Shown: positions 1 to 13,898 of the stretch, one piece after another | How the letters are laid out: each line of letters begins with the position of its first letter | How positions within the stretch are numbered: position 1 is the stretch's first letter | Assembly (NCBI RefSeq): GCF_009914755.1 | Contig: NC_060932.1 | Source of the DNA: the human T2T-CHM13v2.0 reference genome, Homo sapiens | DNA length: 64,000 nt | Reading direction: 5' to 3' (one strand) | Translations under genes and position numbers: made by a program | The notes under the pieces: model-generated | The model's database searches: none | The model's input: the letters and a program-made list of their open reading frames with translations, nothing else | Told to the model about the DNA's origin: nothing

Positions 1-186
1 AAAACAGAGGAACAAAAAACCACTATCTTTTATAATCTTTTTTACATTTATTACTTTTTTAAAAGCTAGATGAGGTCACAGTATGAATTATATATTTCAT
101 TTTATCCTAATATTTATGTCAAAGAATTCTTCATGTAGCCATCTTTATAACCATTAATTTAGCCATGCAAAACAACTCATCAAAAG

Positions 187-410
187 TGGGGAGGGAGGAG
201 GGGGGAGGGATAGCATTGGGAGATATACCTAATGCTAGATGACGAGTTAGTGGGTGCAGCGCACCAGCATGGCACATGTATACATATGTAACTAACCTGC
301 ACAATGTGCACATGTACCCTAAAACTTAAAGTATAATTAAAAAATAATAATAATAATAATAGTAATAATAATAAATAAATAAATAAATATGTATCCCCCC
401 CAAAAAAAAA
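187..410 (+). mobile_element. Very short 5'-truncated young L1 3' end (L1PA2-like) with (TAA)n/(TAAA)n tail
   Basis: GGGATAGCATTGGGAGATATACCTAATGCTAGATGACGAGTTAGTGGGTGCAGCGCACC...CACAATGTGCACATGTACCCTAAAACTTAAAGTATAAT; has GAG (not the L1HS ACA/ACG) and AAAGT diagnostics. Confidence 0.9.
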
Positions 411-1544
411 GTATATCCCATACTTTATTTATATTTTTCTTTCTTTTATTTTTAAATGGTGTTAGGATAATACACAAGATTTGATATTTTTTAAAAAATA
501 AATTTATACTCTTTAATAAAAATATTACATGATTTTTTATTTTGCCTTAATAACATCCTAAGTGAGACTGAATTTGCCCCCATATATGTGTAGGGAAGGA
601 CTGTGGCTTCTCTATTGTTATCAAACTATAAATACGGGCAAGTTACTGAATCTCCCTTAGTTTCAGCCTCTTTACCAAATAGATAGAAATATATTTGTAC
701 TTCAAGCCTTTTTTGTGACATTTAGTCAGCTCATATCCAGAACCCAACAAGAATCTAGAAGCTGATTCATCTTTGTTTCCTTTGTTCTTCTCCATAAAGA
801 ATTGTTCCTCATAAGAACAGACTAATCTAAGGAAAATGTTTTGTTCACTTCTATGAGATTTTTGTATCTGATAATAACATTAATCTTATGTCACACCTGT
901 GGCAATTGTTTTTCACTGTTAAACTTTTTATGATTCTAAATATAGACTATTTAAAATATATTTGATTTTTCATCATTTTAAACAGTAGGAAATATCCTTC
1001 ATTTGATGTCTTCACAGAAATTTATTTTTTTCTAATCTTTCCAAAGATATTTTAAAACTATAACTCTTTGATATTATGAAATTTAAATACATTTGTAATG
1101 TCAAGGTGACAGTTTAAATTGCTCTGTTTTCATCAAACTTGTTAAACACGTATCTCACAGAATTTACTAAATAGGAATTCTCTTCTCCAGTAATGTATGA
1201 CTTTTTTTTTAACGCTCTGGGCTTTCTGTTGATCCATCTCTTTCATTTTTTGCTGGTAGCAACTTGTTTTATTTTAAAAAGGCTAATCTGGCCTTACCAA
1301 CATGAGAAGAGTGTTAGTTGTTTCTGTAAGAGGCTGTATATACTGTTTATTCATCTTATAGGTATCAGCAAAGGCTTACATAAAACCAATCATCCTTATT
1401 GTCATTTACCTAAACCACAGCAGTAGTGGCCCATTTGTCAGTTAAAATTTTTATGTGATTAGAAAGAGCCTTCAAAAGAGTTTATGGTAAGAGATTGATA
1501 GGATCAATTCTATGGCTGCATCCAGATTTTTCTTTATTAACAAT

Positions 1545-1915
1545 GAACTGATATTTATTGAGGGGTTACTATGGGCAGCCCAAGTATTATTCTAAGTGTT
1601 CCATATGCATTATCAAACTTTAAAGTATCCCCTAGTGACCCGCAAGGATGTTCAAAAAATGAAAGGACATCATGGGCAAGGAATTAAAGGAAACCAAGAG
1701 AATTATGATAGTGATTACACAGACAATATGAATAAAAAGATAGAAATTACAAAACAGAACCAAGTATAAGTGTTGGAGCTAAAGAATACAATAATTGGAA
1801 TGTCCTACGAGAAAACTGATGCACAAAGAGCCAAAGTCACACATCTGGTAGGAGATAGAGTCAGGATTCGAACCCACACTGGGGCTGTGGTCTATGCGTC
1901 CTCTCAAGCTGACTG
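1545..1915 (-). mobile_element. MIR, interrupted by an old L1 ORF1 fragment (~1640-1802, +)
   Basis: ATTTATTGAG..TACTATG..TTCTAAG and GAAAACTGATGCACA..AAAGTCACACA..GGATTCGAACCC match the MIR reverse complement; A-rich L1 ORF1-like sequence lies between them. Confidence 0.6.
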
Positions 1916-2007
1916 CCTGCTGGCTGTCAGGTTCCCTCTGCTCCCATGGCCTCTACTGCCCAACCCCAAGGCTGGAAGTTCACATTGTCAAATAATCCTG
2001 GTAAAGC

Positions 2008-2335
2008 TCTGGGCATGGATGCAGCTGGAGGCCATTATCTTAAGTGAAGCAATGCAGAAACAGAAAACCAAATATCATACATTCTCACGTATAAGTGGGA
2101 GCTTAACATAGGTTATACGTGGATATAAATATGGGAACAATAGGCACTGGGGAGCACTAGAGGAGGGACAGGGAAGGAGGCAAGGGTTGAAAAACCACCT
2201 GTTGGGTACCGTGTTCACTACAGGGGCGATGGATTCAATTATATCCCAAACCTCAGCACCATGCAATACACCCATGTAACAAGACTTCCCAAGTACCCCC
2301 GATACTAAAATAAGAGTTGAAAAAGAAGAAAAAAA
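2008..2335 (+). mobile_element. L1 3' end (older L1PA/L1PB type)
   Basis: CATGGATGCAGCTGGAGGCCATTATC (ORF2 end WMQLEAIILS), 3'UTR and A-rich tail. Confidence 0.85.
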
Positions 2336-2537
2336 CAGAATTGTCCTAGCAAACAATTCTAATGCCGGCTTAAGATATGGGAAAAGGTTTAAGCAGACTA
2401 AAAGTAAATAAGTGAAAGTTAGTAGACAAAAATGATATCATTTTGTGTAAAATATCCTGATGTTTCACAGCTCAATGTTAGTAATAATAACTCAGGGCTG
2501 CAAATCTATCAGACATTACTTTTAGGAATTTAAATTA

Positions 2538-2886
<349 letters not shown>

Positions 2887-4146
2887 CTACCCACTGAAAA
2901 TGCTTAGATTCATTAGCATGAATATACTCCAGTTCAACAAATCTATCATTTGGAAATTCAGAACTATGGACCAACATATATAAGCAAACAGCTGTATCTC
3001 ACAGCTTTATAAATATTACTAACCTCAGTTAGGGAAATGAACTACCAAATACTTATCATTTAAAAAATAAAGACATTAACATTTCTACATGTCAAATTAC
3101 TATAATAATTAAATTACTATAATATATATGTATAAAAAATACATCAAAATATAGTAATAAACTTGGGATGGTCACATTGTAACTAGTGGCTTTTTTCTCC
3201 TTTGTGCTTTTATATATTTTTAATCATTTCATAGTTGGTATTAAATAACTTAATAATTATTCAAAGTGTAATGTAAAAATGAAATAAACAGCAAAGAGCA
3301 TTCCCAGTATTGTCTTACTTTGAGGGACAAAATGTGAACCTAGAAATGTTAACACTAGATAATTATATAATTGGTCATGTTTTTATTTTTCATTCCCTAG
3401 CATGTCTTCAGGAAGCACATGTTGTTTTTATAATCAGAATAAACTTATAGAACATTGTGTTCTACATAATGACAAAAACTTGCCAAGATGTTTTTGAAAA
3501 AGAAATGTAATGTGAAAACGTGTTGATTTATTTCTGACTGGAGAGCCAAACCTTGTTTGACAACACCCAAATCTGGTACTGATTGGCTTAGGTCTCCAAG
3601 TATGAGAGCATGTTTTTTGTTTTTTTTTCCATCTTGTTTACTGCTATATTTTCAACATTTAGCACACTATCTGTTTCATAAGAGCTCTTCAAGATGATTT
3701 GTTAAATAATTCCACATATTCAATCTATGTCAATAGAATGTCCTGTCCTTACCAATAACCAGCAGTATCACATTCACATGATAATAGAGCTTCTTCACCT
3801 TCAGGCAGAGTACAGATTGTAAAAAACATGAGGCTTTTTCATTAACTTCAAGTACCTACTTTTTAAGCCTCTCACTTGCTATTGTATAGCCTTGGGAAAA
3901 CTACTTAACATTATGTGGTTATTTCTTTCATTTGTAAAATGAGGATGTAGTATCTAATTTTTAAGGTTACTATATTAATTAGGTAAATGTTAATGTAACT
4001 AACCCACAGTTCACCTAAAAATATGATAAACCAAATTGGGTTCAACCATATTGTACACTTTCATAACCCATTGATATTTTTTTCCATGACTGTATCTTTT
4101 AAATTTTAAAGGAATTGTCTGCTTTATTCACATTTTTATCTGAAAA

Positions 4147-4815
4147 TCTTTTTTCAACTTTTAAGTTCCGGGTTGTATGTGCAGGATGTGCAAGTTTGTT
4201 ACATAGGTAAATGTGTGCCATGGTGGTGTGCTGCACTTATCAACCCATCCCCTAGGTATTAAGCCCTGGGTCCATTAGCTATTCTTCCTAATACCCTCCC
4301 TCCCCACCCCTAATATGCCCCAGTGTGTGTTGTCTACCCCCGTGTATCCATGTGTTCTCTCGTTTTCCTTCCACTTGTAAGTGAGAACATGTGGTGTTTG
4401 GTTTTCTGTTCCTGCATTACTTTGCTGAGGATAATGGCTTCCAACTTCATCCATGTTCCTGCAAAGGACATAATCTCATTCCTTTGTATGGCTGCACAGT
4501 ATTCCATGGTGTATATGTACCACATTGTTTTTTATCCAGTCTATCACTGATGGGTATTTGGGTTGATTCCTTGTCTTTGCTATTGTGGTTAGTGCTGCAG
4601 TGAACATATGCGTGCATGTACCTTTATAATAGAATGATTTATATCCCTCTGGGTATGTATCCAGTAATGAGATTGCTGGCCAAATGGTATTTCTGCTTCT
4701 AGATCTTTGAGGAATTGCCACACTGTCTTCCACAATGGTTGAACTAATTTACACTCCCACCAACAGTGTAAAATTGTTCCTTTTTCTCATCCTTGACAGC
4801 ATCTGTTGTTTTTTA
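4147..4815 (-). mobile_element. L1PA 3' end (ORF2 C-terminus plus 3'UTR)
   Basis: Minus ORF MWYIYTMEYCAAIQRNEIMSFAGTWMKLEAIILSK is the L1 ORF2 C-terminus. Confidence 0.92.
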
Positions 4816-5490
4816 AAGGTTGGAGGAAAATTACAAATTTTTAAATAACTTGCCAACTCCTTATTGTCTTTTTTCGTAGGTTGTTTTGGTGAATTATACA
4901 AGGGGAGTCATCGAAATTATTTTTATACCTTCTCCATTTAATCATATTCTTCCAGGCAGAAACTGTTAACAAGATTATGAAATGCAATAGATTTTCAATA
5001 TCTAAACATGTTAAAATGCTGCAATTAGGTTCCTTTAGTACATGTACGTTCCTTTGTAAAACAGAATTATAAGTAATATGCCATCTGCTTTACCCTATTT
5101 CTAATTATAGCATTGCATATGAATTTTAATAGGTATCATAATTTGAATCACTATCATGAGAAAATATAGAGATATAGGTTATTGTATCTGTTTATTTTCA
5201 CAACAAATCTGTAATAGTAAAGAATATTTTATGAAATACTAAAGTATAAAGAGAAATTGTTTTTTACTGCAATGAAAAAATTGATTAAGTCATTCAAAGG
5301 GTGATAAAATTTAATTTCAAAATAGATACTCCAGAAGTTGAACAAAAATGGTTTTGATTATAATAATAGTGCACATAGATATTATACAAAAAATGAAAAC
5401 CTGTATAAGCGCAGCCGGAATCATCCTCTGATTGTATGTGGCTGTTACCATTCAAAATTAGTTATAAGAAAAATCATAGTCACTTGCTGA

Positions 5491-5767
<277 letters not shown>

Positions 5768-8699
5768 ATCTCACAATAATGATTTGGGTTTTTTGACATG
5801 CCAAAAAGATTAAAAAGTGCAAATCATAAAGGAAGAAGGAACAAAAACATCCATATAAGATGATAACAGGTAGCATTCACCACTTAATAACTTTTTATTT
5901 GGTGAGATAATTTAATTCTTTGAGTCTTAGTTTTCTTATTTGTAACATTTAAAAAAATTCGCGTCAAAGTGTTATTGTAAAGCCTAGGTGAAAGCATGCA
6001 TATAATTCTCTTAACACTAAATTCACAATAAGTAATATATATTATTTTGAAGAACTCTGTATGAATTTTTGTTTAAGAAATGTATTAGTACTTCTATCTA
6101 AGGAGATAAAAAATGTAGAAGGCAAATAGATTTATGACATAATTAAAATACTTTGAAAAGAATTATAATTTTTTCTAGAATTAACTAGCAAGAATGGAGA
6201 TGATAATGTTAAAAATGAAGAGAGTTGGGGAAGTCTTAACCTAAGACATATTAAATTTTATATTAAAAATAATATTTCTCAAAGTTGCTATTTTCTAAAG
6301 AAAGAAGAGGCATTTAAATGAAAGACACAGTAACGTATGTAAAACACATCCTAAAGCAATAAGGAAGTAATTCTGCCAAGAAAATTAGCTAACAATTTAA
6401 AACAGCTTCAAATGAGATTCTTACCTTATAGACTATATCAGCTAAATTATTTTTATTAATAATGTTAGTATTAATAACAATATTTTTACTTACTATGAGA
6501 CAATTATTAAGCCATTTATCAGAGTAAGAAACTGAAAAATTTGCAAAGGTTGGTTAAATAACTTACCCGAAGTCAAGAACTAAAAGGAGAGCTAGAATTA
6601 AATAAATATCTTAATATAAATAGGCAAATAAATTGATAAAAGGTAAAAAAAATAGTGTGGATAAGAATGTTTTAAGCATTAAGGAAAGAGATTGCTATCA
6701 AATGAAAATATTTGTAGATTTAATTCCAGAAGAATTTAAAATTTCTGACAGTGAAAATTTATAACCAAAAGCAGCCATTTCTGAAAGTATGGCAAACAAG
6801 CTATTGTGAAAAGTTGTGTACATTACTCCAAGCAATTTTAATTGCACTGCTAAACTCATAAAGCTAGGAAGGAAGAAAGGGAGGAAGGTAGGAAGGGAGG
6901 AGGAGAGGCAGGGAAGGAGGGAAGAAGGAAAGCCAAAGACTAATGTGTAGGCATAGGATGGCTCTGCCAACAGCAAAAAGAGTAAACACAATTCTCTCTG
7001 GGAGAAACATTCCAAAATGAGATAGATATTTTAGAGTTTCCATCTTGTAGTAAAAAACGAAGTCAATGTGAAAATATTACCAGACTTTAACAATGAAATT
7101 TTCACAAGCCAACGCAAACATAAAGAAGTTAAAAAGAATAATGAGCAGAGTAAGCACATTAGATCTAGAAATGATTATATATTAAAAGGTAAAAACTAAT
7201 GAAATGCTTAAGGAAATAAAAGATGTTATCAGAAATATTAACAAGAAAAAAATCCTGTAAACCATCACGAGACAATTTTGAAAGAGAATTCTAGAACTTA
7301 TAAAATTAAAACTAAAATCATTGAAAATAAAACTTAAATCCAGTTAAATAGTAACTTAAATACAGCGAAAAGATGTGAACTGTAAGAAGGTAAATGGATT
7401 AATCTACTAGGCAATATATCAATCCAAAATGTATATGCAACCAATACCATAGTTTCAAAATATATAAAGCATGTATTGATAAGATTAAAAGGAGAAATAA
7501 GTAAATCTAAAAACATACTGGGAGATTTTAACATGTATAACTCAGTAATATTTGGAAGAACCAACAAAAGAAATTAGTATAGATACAGACGCTTTGATAA
7601 CAAACCTGACGTGATATGTATAGAACACTAAACCACAAAACTTCAGAATATATATTATTCTTAAAGGCACGAGACAGTTGCTGAAATTAACCACCGTAAT
7701 AAAGCAAGCCTCAACAAATTTTAATAGATGGAATTCAGATACCATATGTTCTATGACCTCAATGGAAGTAAGTTGAAAATTAGAAACAAATAGATACCTT
7801 AGAATATTGTCCAATGTTTAGGAATTAAATTAAATTATGCACTTCTTAGGAATCCATGAGTCAAAGGAAAATAGAAAATATTTTGTACTGAATGATGACA
7901 ACATACCATATCCAAATCTGTGTGATATAATTAACATTGAATTATTGAAAAATAAAACGGAAGAAGTTTAAAAAAAGCAACAGACTCTAAAAAGAAGGAT
8001 ATGATAAATATAAGAGGAAGATTATGGAAGAAAAGGAAAAAATTAAATAAAAGGTACGCAGTCAAAAAATGATTGAGACCAATAAAAGCGATTAAAAAAA
8101 AAAACTTTGACAAGATGGATAAAAAAAAAAGGAGACAGGGAGAAAGTAAAATTTACAAGTGTTAGGAAAAAAGTATTCTGATATTTAAAAGATTTTAATA
8201 GGAGAAATATCATTTGAAAATTAAATAATATGCTATATTCCTAAAATAAAAAAAATGCAAGAAGCAATAGATATTTTAATAAAATTTGCATTTGTTGAAA
8301 CATCTAAGCCCATAAGCAAAATTTTCCATAGAAATAATCTAGGCCCAAATGGCTCACTAGTGTATTCTTCCAAATATTTAAAGAAGAAATAATGTCAATC
8401 TTAACGAACTCTTCAGCATACAGAAAGAGTGGGAATAATTCCTGATTGATCTTATAAGCTCGACCTGACTTGTTACATCAACAAAGGAATTGTGAGAAAG
8501 TAAAATTATAGGCCAATCCCTCTCATTAACATGGATGCAAACTCTGAAACCAAACACTTATAAATGAATACATATATTGGCCATTTTGTATTTATTCCAG
8601 ACTTTTATTGCACAAAATACCCAAAATCCAGTGTCATTCCACACATGAAGAGAATAAAGGAGAAAAATTATATGATAATTTCAACTGATACAGAAACAC

Positions 8700-8955
8700 T
8701 TTTTTTTTTGAGACGGAGTCTCGCTCTGTCGCCCAGGCTGGAGTTCAGTGGCGCGATCTTACTGCAAGCTCCGCCTGCTGGGTTCACGCCATTCACCTGT
8801 CTCAGCCTCCCGAGTAGCTGGGACTACAGGCGCCTGCCACCACGCCCGGCTATTTTTTTTTTTGTATTTTCAGTAGAGACGGAGTTTCACCATGTCAGCC
8901 AGAATGGTCTTGATCTCCTGACCTCATGATCTGCCCGCCTCGGTCCCCCAAAGTG
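8700..8955 (-). mobile_element. AluY-like, 5'-truncated
   Basis: GAGACGGAGTCTCGCTCTGTCGCCCAGG..CTGCAAGCTCCGCC..GGTTCACGCCATT; TSD AGAAACACTTT. Confidence 0.93.
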
Positions 8956-9582
8956 AGAAACACTTTTAATATTACTTTACACAGATTCATGGTTGAATTC
9001 TTTTATCAAACTAGGAATAGAGGTAACTTGGTGTGATGGAAGATACGTAGAGTAAATCTACAGTAAACATCAAGCACATGATGAAATATGAATGTTTTCT
9101 CTCTAATATGGAGACAAGACAAAGATGCCTGTTTTATATTTTTTAGGTACGATTGTACTAAATTGAGAAAATGAACTTGGACTTTGACCTTACACTATAC
9201 ACAAAAATTAATTCAAAATGGTTTAAAGACCTATAGGTAACAGCTGAAACTACAAAACTCCAAGGGAAAACAAACAAACAAACAAAACAAAACAAAACAA
9301 AAAACTGGAGAAACTCTTCATGACATTGTATTTGGCAATTTTTTTTTGGATGACACCAACAGCGCAGGCAACAAAAGCAAAAAGAGATAAATGGGACTAC
9401 ATCAATTTTAAAAAACTTCTGTGCAGCAAAGGAAAACACCAACAGAAGGAAAAGGCAACATACAGAGTGGGAGAAAATATTTGCAAACCACATATTTGAT
9501 AAGGGGTTCATATCCCAATATAAAAGAAAAAACACCTACAACTGAACAACAACATCAAAAAACAATTTAAAAATGGGCAAAT

Positions 9583-9886
9583 AGGCCGGGCACGGTGGCT
9601 CACGCCTGTAATCCCAGCACTTTGGGAGGCCGAGGCGGGCGGATCACGAGGTCAGGAGATCGAGACCATCCTGGCTAACATGGTGAAACCCCGTCTCTAC
9701 TAAAAATACAAAAAATTAGCCGGGCGTGGTGGCGGGCACCTGTAGTCCCAGCTACTTGGGAGGCTGAGGCAGCAGAATGGTGTGAACCTGGAAGGCAGAG
9801 CTTGTAGTGAGCTGAGATAGCGCCACTGCACTCTGGCCTGGACGAAAGAGCGAGACTCCGTCTCAAAAAAAAAAAAAAAAAAAAAA
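9583..9886 (+). mobile_element. AluY, full length
   Basis: GGCCGGGCACGGTGGCTCACGCC..GGATCACGAGGTCAGGAGATCGAGACCATCCTGGCTAAC; poly-A tail. Confidence 0.95.
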
Positions 9887-10644
9887 GGACAAATAGCTTA
9901 AATAGACATTTCTCCAAAAAGACATAGAAATTACCAGAAAGCCTATGAAAACATGCTCAACATCACTAGTAACTAGGGAAATGCAAATCAAAACCACAAT
10001 GTAATATCACACCCAATAAGATGGTGATAATTAAAAAATAATAACAAGTGTTATTGAAGACGTGGAAAAATACTAACCCTTGGGCCTTTTGGTGGGCATG
10101 TAAAATGGTTCAGCCACTATAGAAAATAGTATGGAGGTTGCTCGAAAAATAAAAATAGAACTACTATATGATTGAGCACTTCCACATCTGAATATATATC
10201 CAAAGGAAATGAAAACAGGATCACAAAGTGCTATGTGCACACCCATGTTCACAGCAGCTTTATTCACAATATGCAAGAGGTAGAAGGAACCTAATTGTCC
10301 ATCAACAGGTGAATGGATAAAGAAAATGTGACGTATGTAAATACAATGGAATAATATTCAATCCTAAAGAAGAAGGGAATCCTGCTGTATGCGACAACAT
10401 AGTCGAACCTTAAGGACATTATGCTAAATGAAATAAACCAGTTTCTGAAAGACAAATACTACATGATTCTACTTATAGGAGGTCTCTAAAATAGTAAACT
10501 TCATGGAAACAGAAAACAGAATAGTGACTGCCAGTGACTAGGAGAGGGCAAAAGAGAAATTGTTCAATGAGTATAAAACTTCAGCTGTAAAAAATGAACG
10601 ATTTCTAAAGATCTGTTGCATAACAATGTGCATATGGTTAACAC

Positions 10645-11209
10645 TGAAACAGCATTTTTCATCTGGGGTAATACCTGAGGTTTGTTGCCTCATGCCAAGG
10701 AAATCAAGAACGTGGACACACAAGGAGTGAGTTCAAGAGCCAAGGTTTAATAGGTGAAAGAAGCAGAAAAGGTCTCTCTCCTGTGGAGAGAGAGGGGCTC
10801 CCAAGTGGGTCTTCCGGTTTCTTGGTGAAACGCATGGGGTTTTATAGATGAGAAGGAACTGGTGGCCCCACCCTAATCTTTTATTGTGAAGATGGGTTCT
10901 CTGTCTGGCCACCTCCATGTTGCCGGTTCCTTTACCGTACACGTGGTTGACAAAGAAAAGGGAAAAGGGAGCCTCAATGTTGAACATGCCTGGCCCCCAG
11001 GTAGCCTTATCCTATTGGCACAGCTGCCAGCATTCACCCGTGCAAGCATCCAGCTTGCCTTATCTACGTCTGCAGTTCGATTTTACAGGCTGCTCTTTGT
11101 TAGAGAAGGAATGATATGGGGGCTGCGTTTTTGTAAAAAGGGAAGCCTTACTGAGGACTCTCTTACCCTCACTAACTGCCTAAATAATTTCTTTTTAAGC
11201 TCCTTATCA
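10645..11209 (-). mobile_element. ERV1 solo LTR (MER61-like)
   Basis: TG...CA termini, 4-bp TSD ACAC (10641-44 and 11210-13); minus strand starts TGATAAGGAGCTTAAAAAGAAATTATTTAGGCAG; ATTAAA at 10751-10746. Confidence 0.85.
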
Positions 11210-12215
11210 ACACTGCTGTACTCTTAAAAATGGTAAAGATGGTAAATCCTGTTTTTTATCACAATAAAAAAATTAAGAAAAAAGATTGTACTAAAGGCTC
11301 TAGACAGTGTAATAAGGCCAGAAAAATAAAAGATTTAATAATTGGAAAGAAAAAAAGACTATCATTATTTGCAGATGCATGATTGTATAATATAAATATA
11401 CCAAAGGTCGAGAAACTATGGTAAGAATATTTAATCAATTCATACTTTTATTATTAGATATAGTAATTTTTAGCAAAAAGCATCTATTTGCCACCTAGAA
11501 ATAATCCCACATAAAGTTAGACAAGAACTTTATACCAACAAATGATAAAATTTTGTATATTAAAGCAGACTATAATAAATGGAGAGATACTCTATGTGTA
11601 AAGACAGGACAATTAGTTCAACCCAAACTGGCTTATGAATTTAATACAATTCCAATGGAAACTACATTTCTTTAGTTAACTGATATTATGATTTGAAATT
11701 TTATTTGAAAATCTCGTGGGCAGTGACAGCTAAAGCACTCACCAAGAAATATTATCAAGTTTTATTACAAAGCTAGAGTAATTTGTATAGAACCCCAAAA
11801 CCGAACCAACCTATACAGAAACTTGTTACATATAAATACTGTGTATTAGAGAGAAAGACAGGACTTAGTAATTAGTGCTGAGACAATGTGTTATCCATAA
11901 GGGGCAAACAATAGTGATAGAACACTTATCTCACAGCATGCTTTAGAACAGGAGAGAAAGAAAGAAATGTGTAAAACTTAACAATTGTTTATGGCCTAAT
12001 ATACAGAATGATGTCCTAAACAAAATACCAAAAAGTAATTATATTAAGAACTCTTGGGGGTAGGGAGGAAATGGGGATATGTAGTTCCAAGGCTGCTAAG
12101 TTGCAATTAGTAGAATGAATAAGTTTAGAAATTTAATGTACAGCACGAGGATAATAGCTAATAATATTGTTTTGTATACTGGAAGTGTGCTGAGAGAGTA
12201 GATTTTAGGTGACCT

Positions 12216-12253
12216 CACACACACACACAAACACACACACACACACACACACA
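12216..12253. repeat. (CA)n microsatellite inside an L1MA 3'UTR fragment (~12055-12370)
   Basis: Directly visible. Confidence 0.95.
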
Positions 12254-12829
12254 TGCACTCCAAGGGATAACTGTAAGATGACAGATATGTTAATTTGCCT
12301 GAATATAGGAACTATTTCATTATGTATATTAAAAAATTATCTTGTATACTTAAATATAAACTATAAAATATTTCTTAAAATCTCTTAAAATTTCATTATC
12401 ACTAAATTTAATAAGAAATTTGTTCATTAAGGGGAACCTTTTAAAAACATAGAAAACAAACCACAAATTGGGAAAAGATACTTGAAAATGATAAATCAAC
12501 AGAAAATTAATAACATGAATTTATAAAGTTCTCCTTCAAGTTGACAAACAGAAGACCACCCAATAGAAAGATAGGGCAAGAGATATGAATAGGCAGTTCC
12601 AAAGAAGAAACCCAAGTGGTCAGTAAGCACATGGTAATATATTCAATCCATCACGAATTAGAAAAGTACAAGTTAAAACCAATCAAAATGAGATATAATT
12701 TTACAGTGACCATCATAGCAAAAATGTAAAAACAAAGTTGGACAAAAACAAATATTGGTGAGAATGGGAAGCCCAATAGGAATTCTTATATACAGTTTGT
12801 GGTCATGTAAATTTATATGGCAATTGCTG

Positions 12830-13640
12830 TATGCAGTTGGGTGAATTTGTATTTGTCAGTTTAGCTAGACCAAGTTATGTTTCCCAGCACTGCTGTCTTG
12901 CTTAGTTCTAAGTTAATGCAAGCCACAAGAGATATTCTGTGCAAGAGCTGGCAGGTAAAAGTGAAACAGCAGCTATGTACCTATGCTTGAAACAAGAATT
13001 GAGAACACCACGTACGAATTCAGCTTACACGTATTGTCAGTTGCTGCTGGCTCACTGGGGCTGTATGGGGCACCATTTGGCCCACAGCACTTAAACATCC
13101 TGTGGCTTCTGCAGGATCCTAGTTGGGACAGCATATCTGCCCCAGGGATATTTCATTCTTTCTGGTGGCATCTTTTTTTTTTCTAGGAGGAAGCACCTGG
13201 TATTACTAAGAATTATGCTTCCTGTCAATGATACCGACCTGACTTCAGCAGAAAGAAAGCGCACTGACATTATATAACCATAAGTTGTAAAAGAGAGGGG
13301 AATTTAATTCTGTGATGAAGGACATCATGCTCTCCTAGAAGGTATTCTTATGGTCAAAGTTGAAGTCTCAGAGGCAGAGGGAGAAATATGAAGGTTTCAA
13401 TTTGCCATCATGGATTCCAGCTTATCCATCCTCTGTTCTACTTAGTATCATCTTGCCTTCCTGACTACCCGCTCTACTGATGTTAGGCTCCAACCCCAAG
13501 CACAAAACAGCTTTATACAGACTTTAACCAGCTGCTACAAATATATAAGGTCAAATTCTTATCATAAGTTTCTTATCACATATATAAGTAGGATTCTGTT
13601 TCTTCGATTTAATCTCAACTGTTTCAACTGATTATGACAT
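12830..13640 (+). mobile_element. Old ERVL-type LTR (subfamily uncertain)
   Basis: Start GGGTGAATTTGTATTTGTCAG..TTTCCCAG..GCCACAAGAGA..GTGAAACAGCAGC and end GATTCTGTTTCTT..ACTG resemble ERVL LTRs. Confidence 0.55.
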
Positions 13641-13898
13641 AGACATAATAAGACAAATTGCAGCAAGTAATGGCTTGACATTTTATTAACCATGAAAAAA
13701 TACCAACTTTTCATTTATTTAAAGACAAAAACAACACATAAAATTCACCTCTCTTAAAACTTATGGTCTGTGTGCTTTCTTTCTCCTGAACTCAGGTCAG
13801 TATCACTGACAGGAAGTATAACTCTTAGTAATACCAGGTGCTTCCTCCCAGAAAAAAGTAGAGGCCACCAAAAATGCTGAAATATCCCTGGGGCAGAT
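13135..13898. repeat. Imperfect inverted repeat, arms 13135-13306 and 13740-13898
   Basis: ATCTGCCCCAGGGATATTTCA...GGAGGAAGCACCTGGTATTACTAAGA...CCATAAGTT...AGAGAG occurs on + in arm 1 and on - in arm 2. Confidence 0.95.

Larger units (their letters stand above)
9165..11280 (+). mobile_element. L1MA/MB 3' portion, interrupted by an AluY and an LTR
   Basis: ORF2 3' motifs (AAATGGGACTACATC, ATGCAAATCAAAACCACAATG) and a 3'UTR that resumes after 11213. Confidence 0.85.
7050..12830 (+). mobile_element. Old, fragmented L1M (ORF1 end, ORF2, 3' part) hosting several younger insertions
   Basis: Degenerate endonuclease/RT-like sequence (e.g. AATGTATATGCAACCAAT, GGAGATTTTAAC, GGCCCAAATGG, TATAGGCCAATCCCTCTCATTAACATGGATGC, TTATTTGCAGATG) in colinear order. 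Confidence 0.7.

Noticed and set aside
1297-1409. Two tiny minus-strand AG/GTAAG-bounded segments
   Set aside because: The implied intron is only ~56 nt, below the usual human minimum
4879-4940. Acceptor followed by GCFGELYKG, resembling a kinase glycine-rich loop
   Set aside because: The frame stops about 11 codons later; no VAxK, HRD or DFG segments were found, so probably chance
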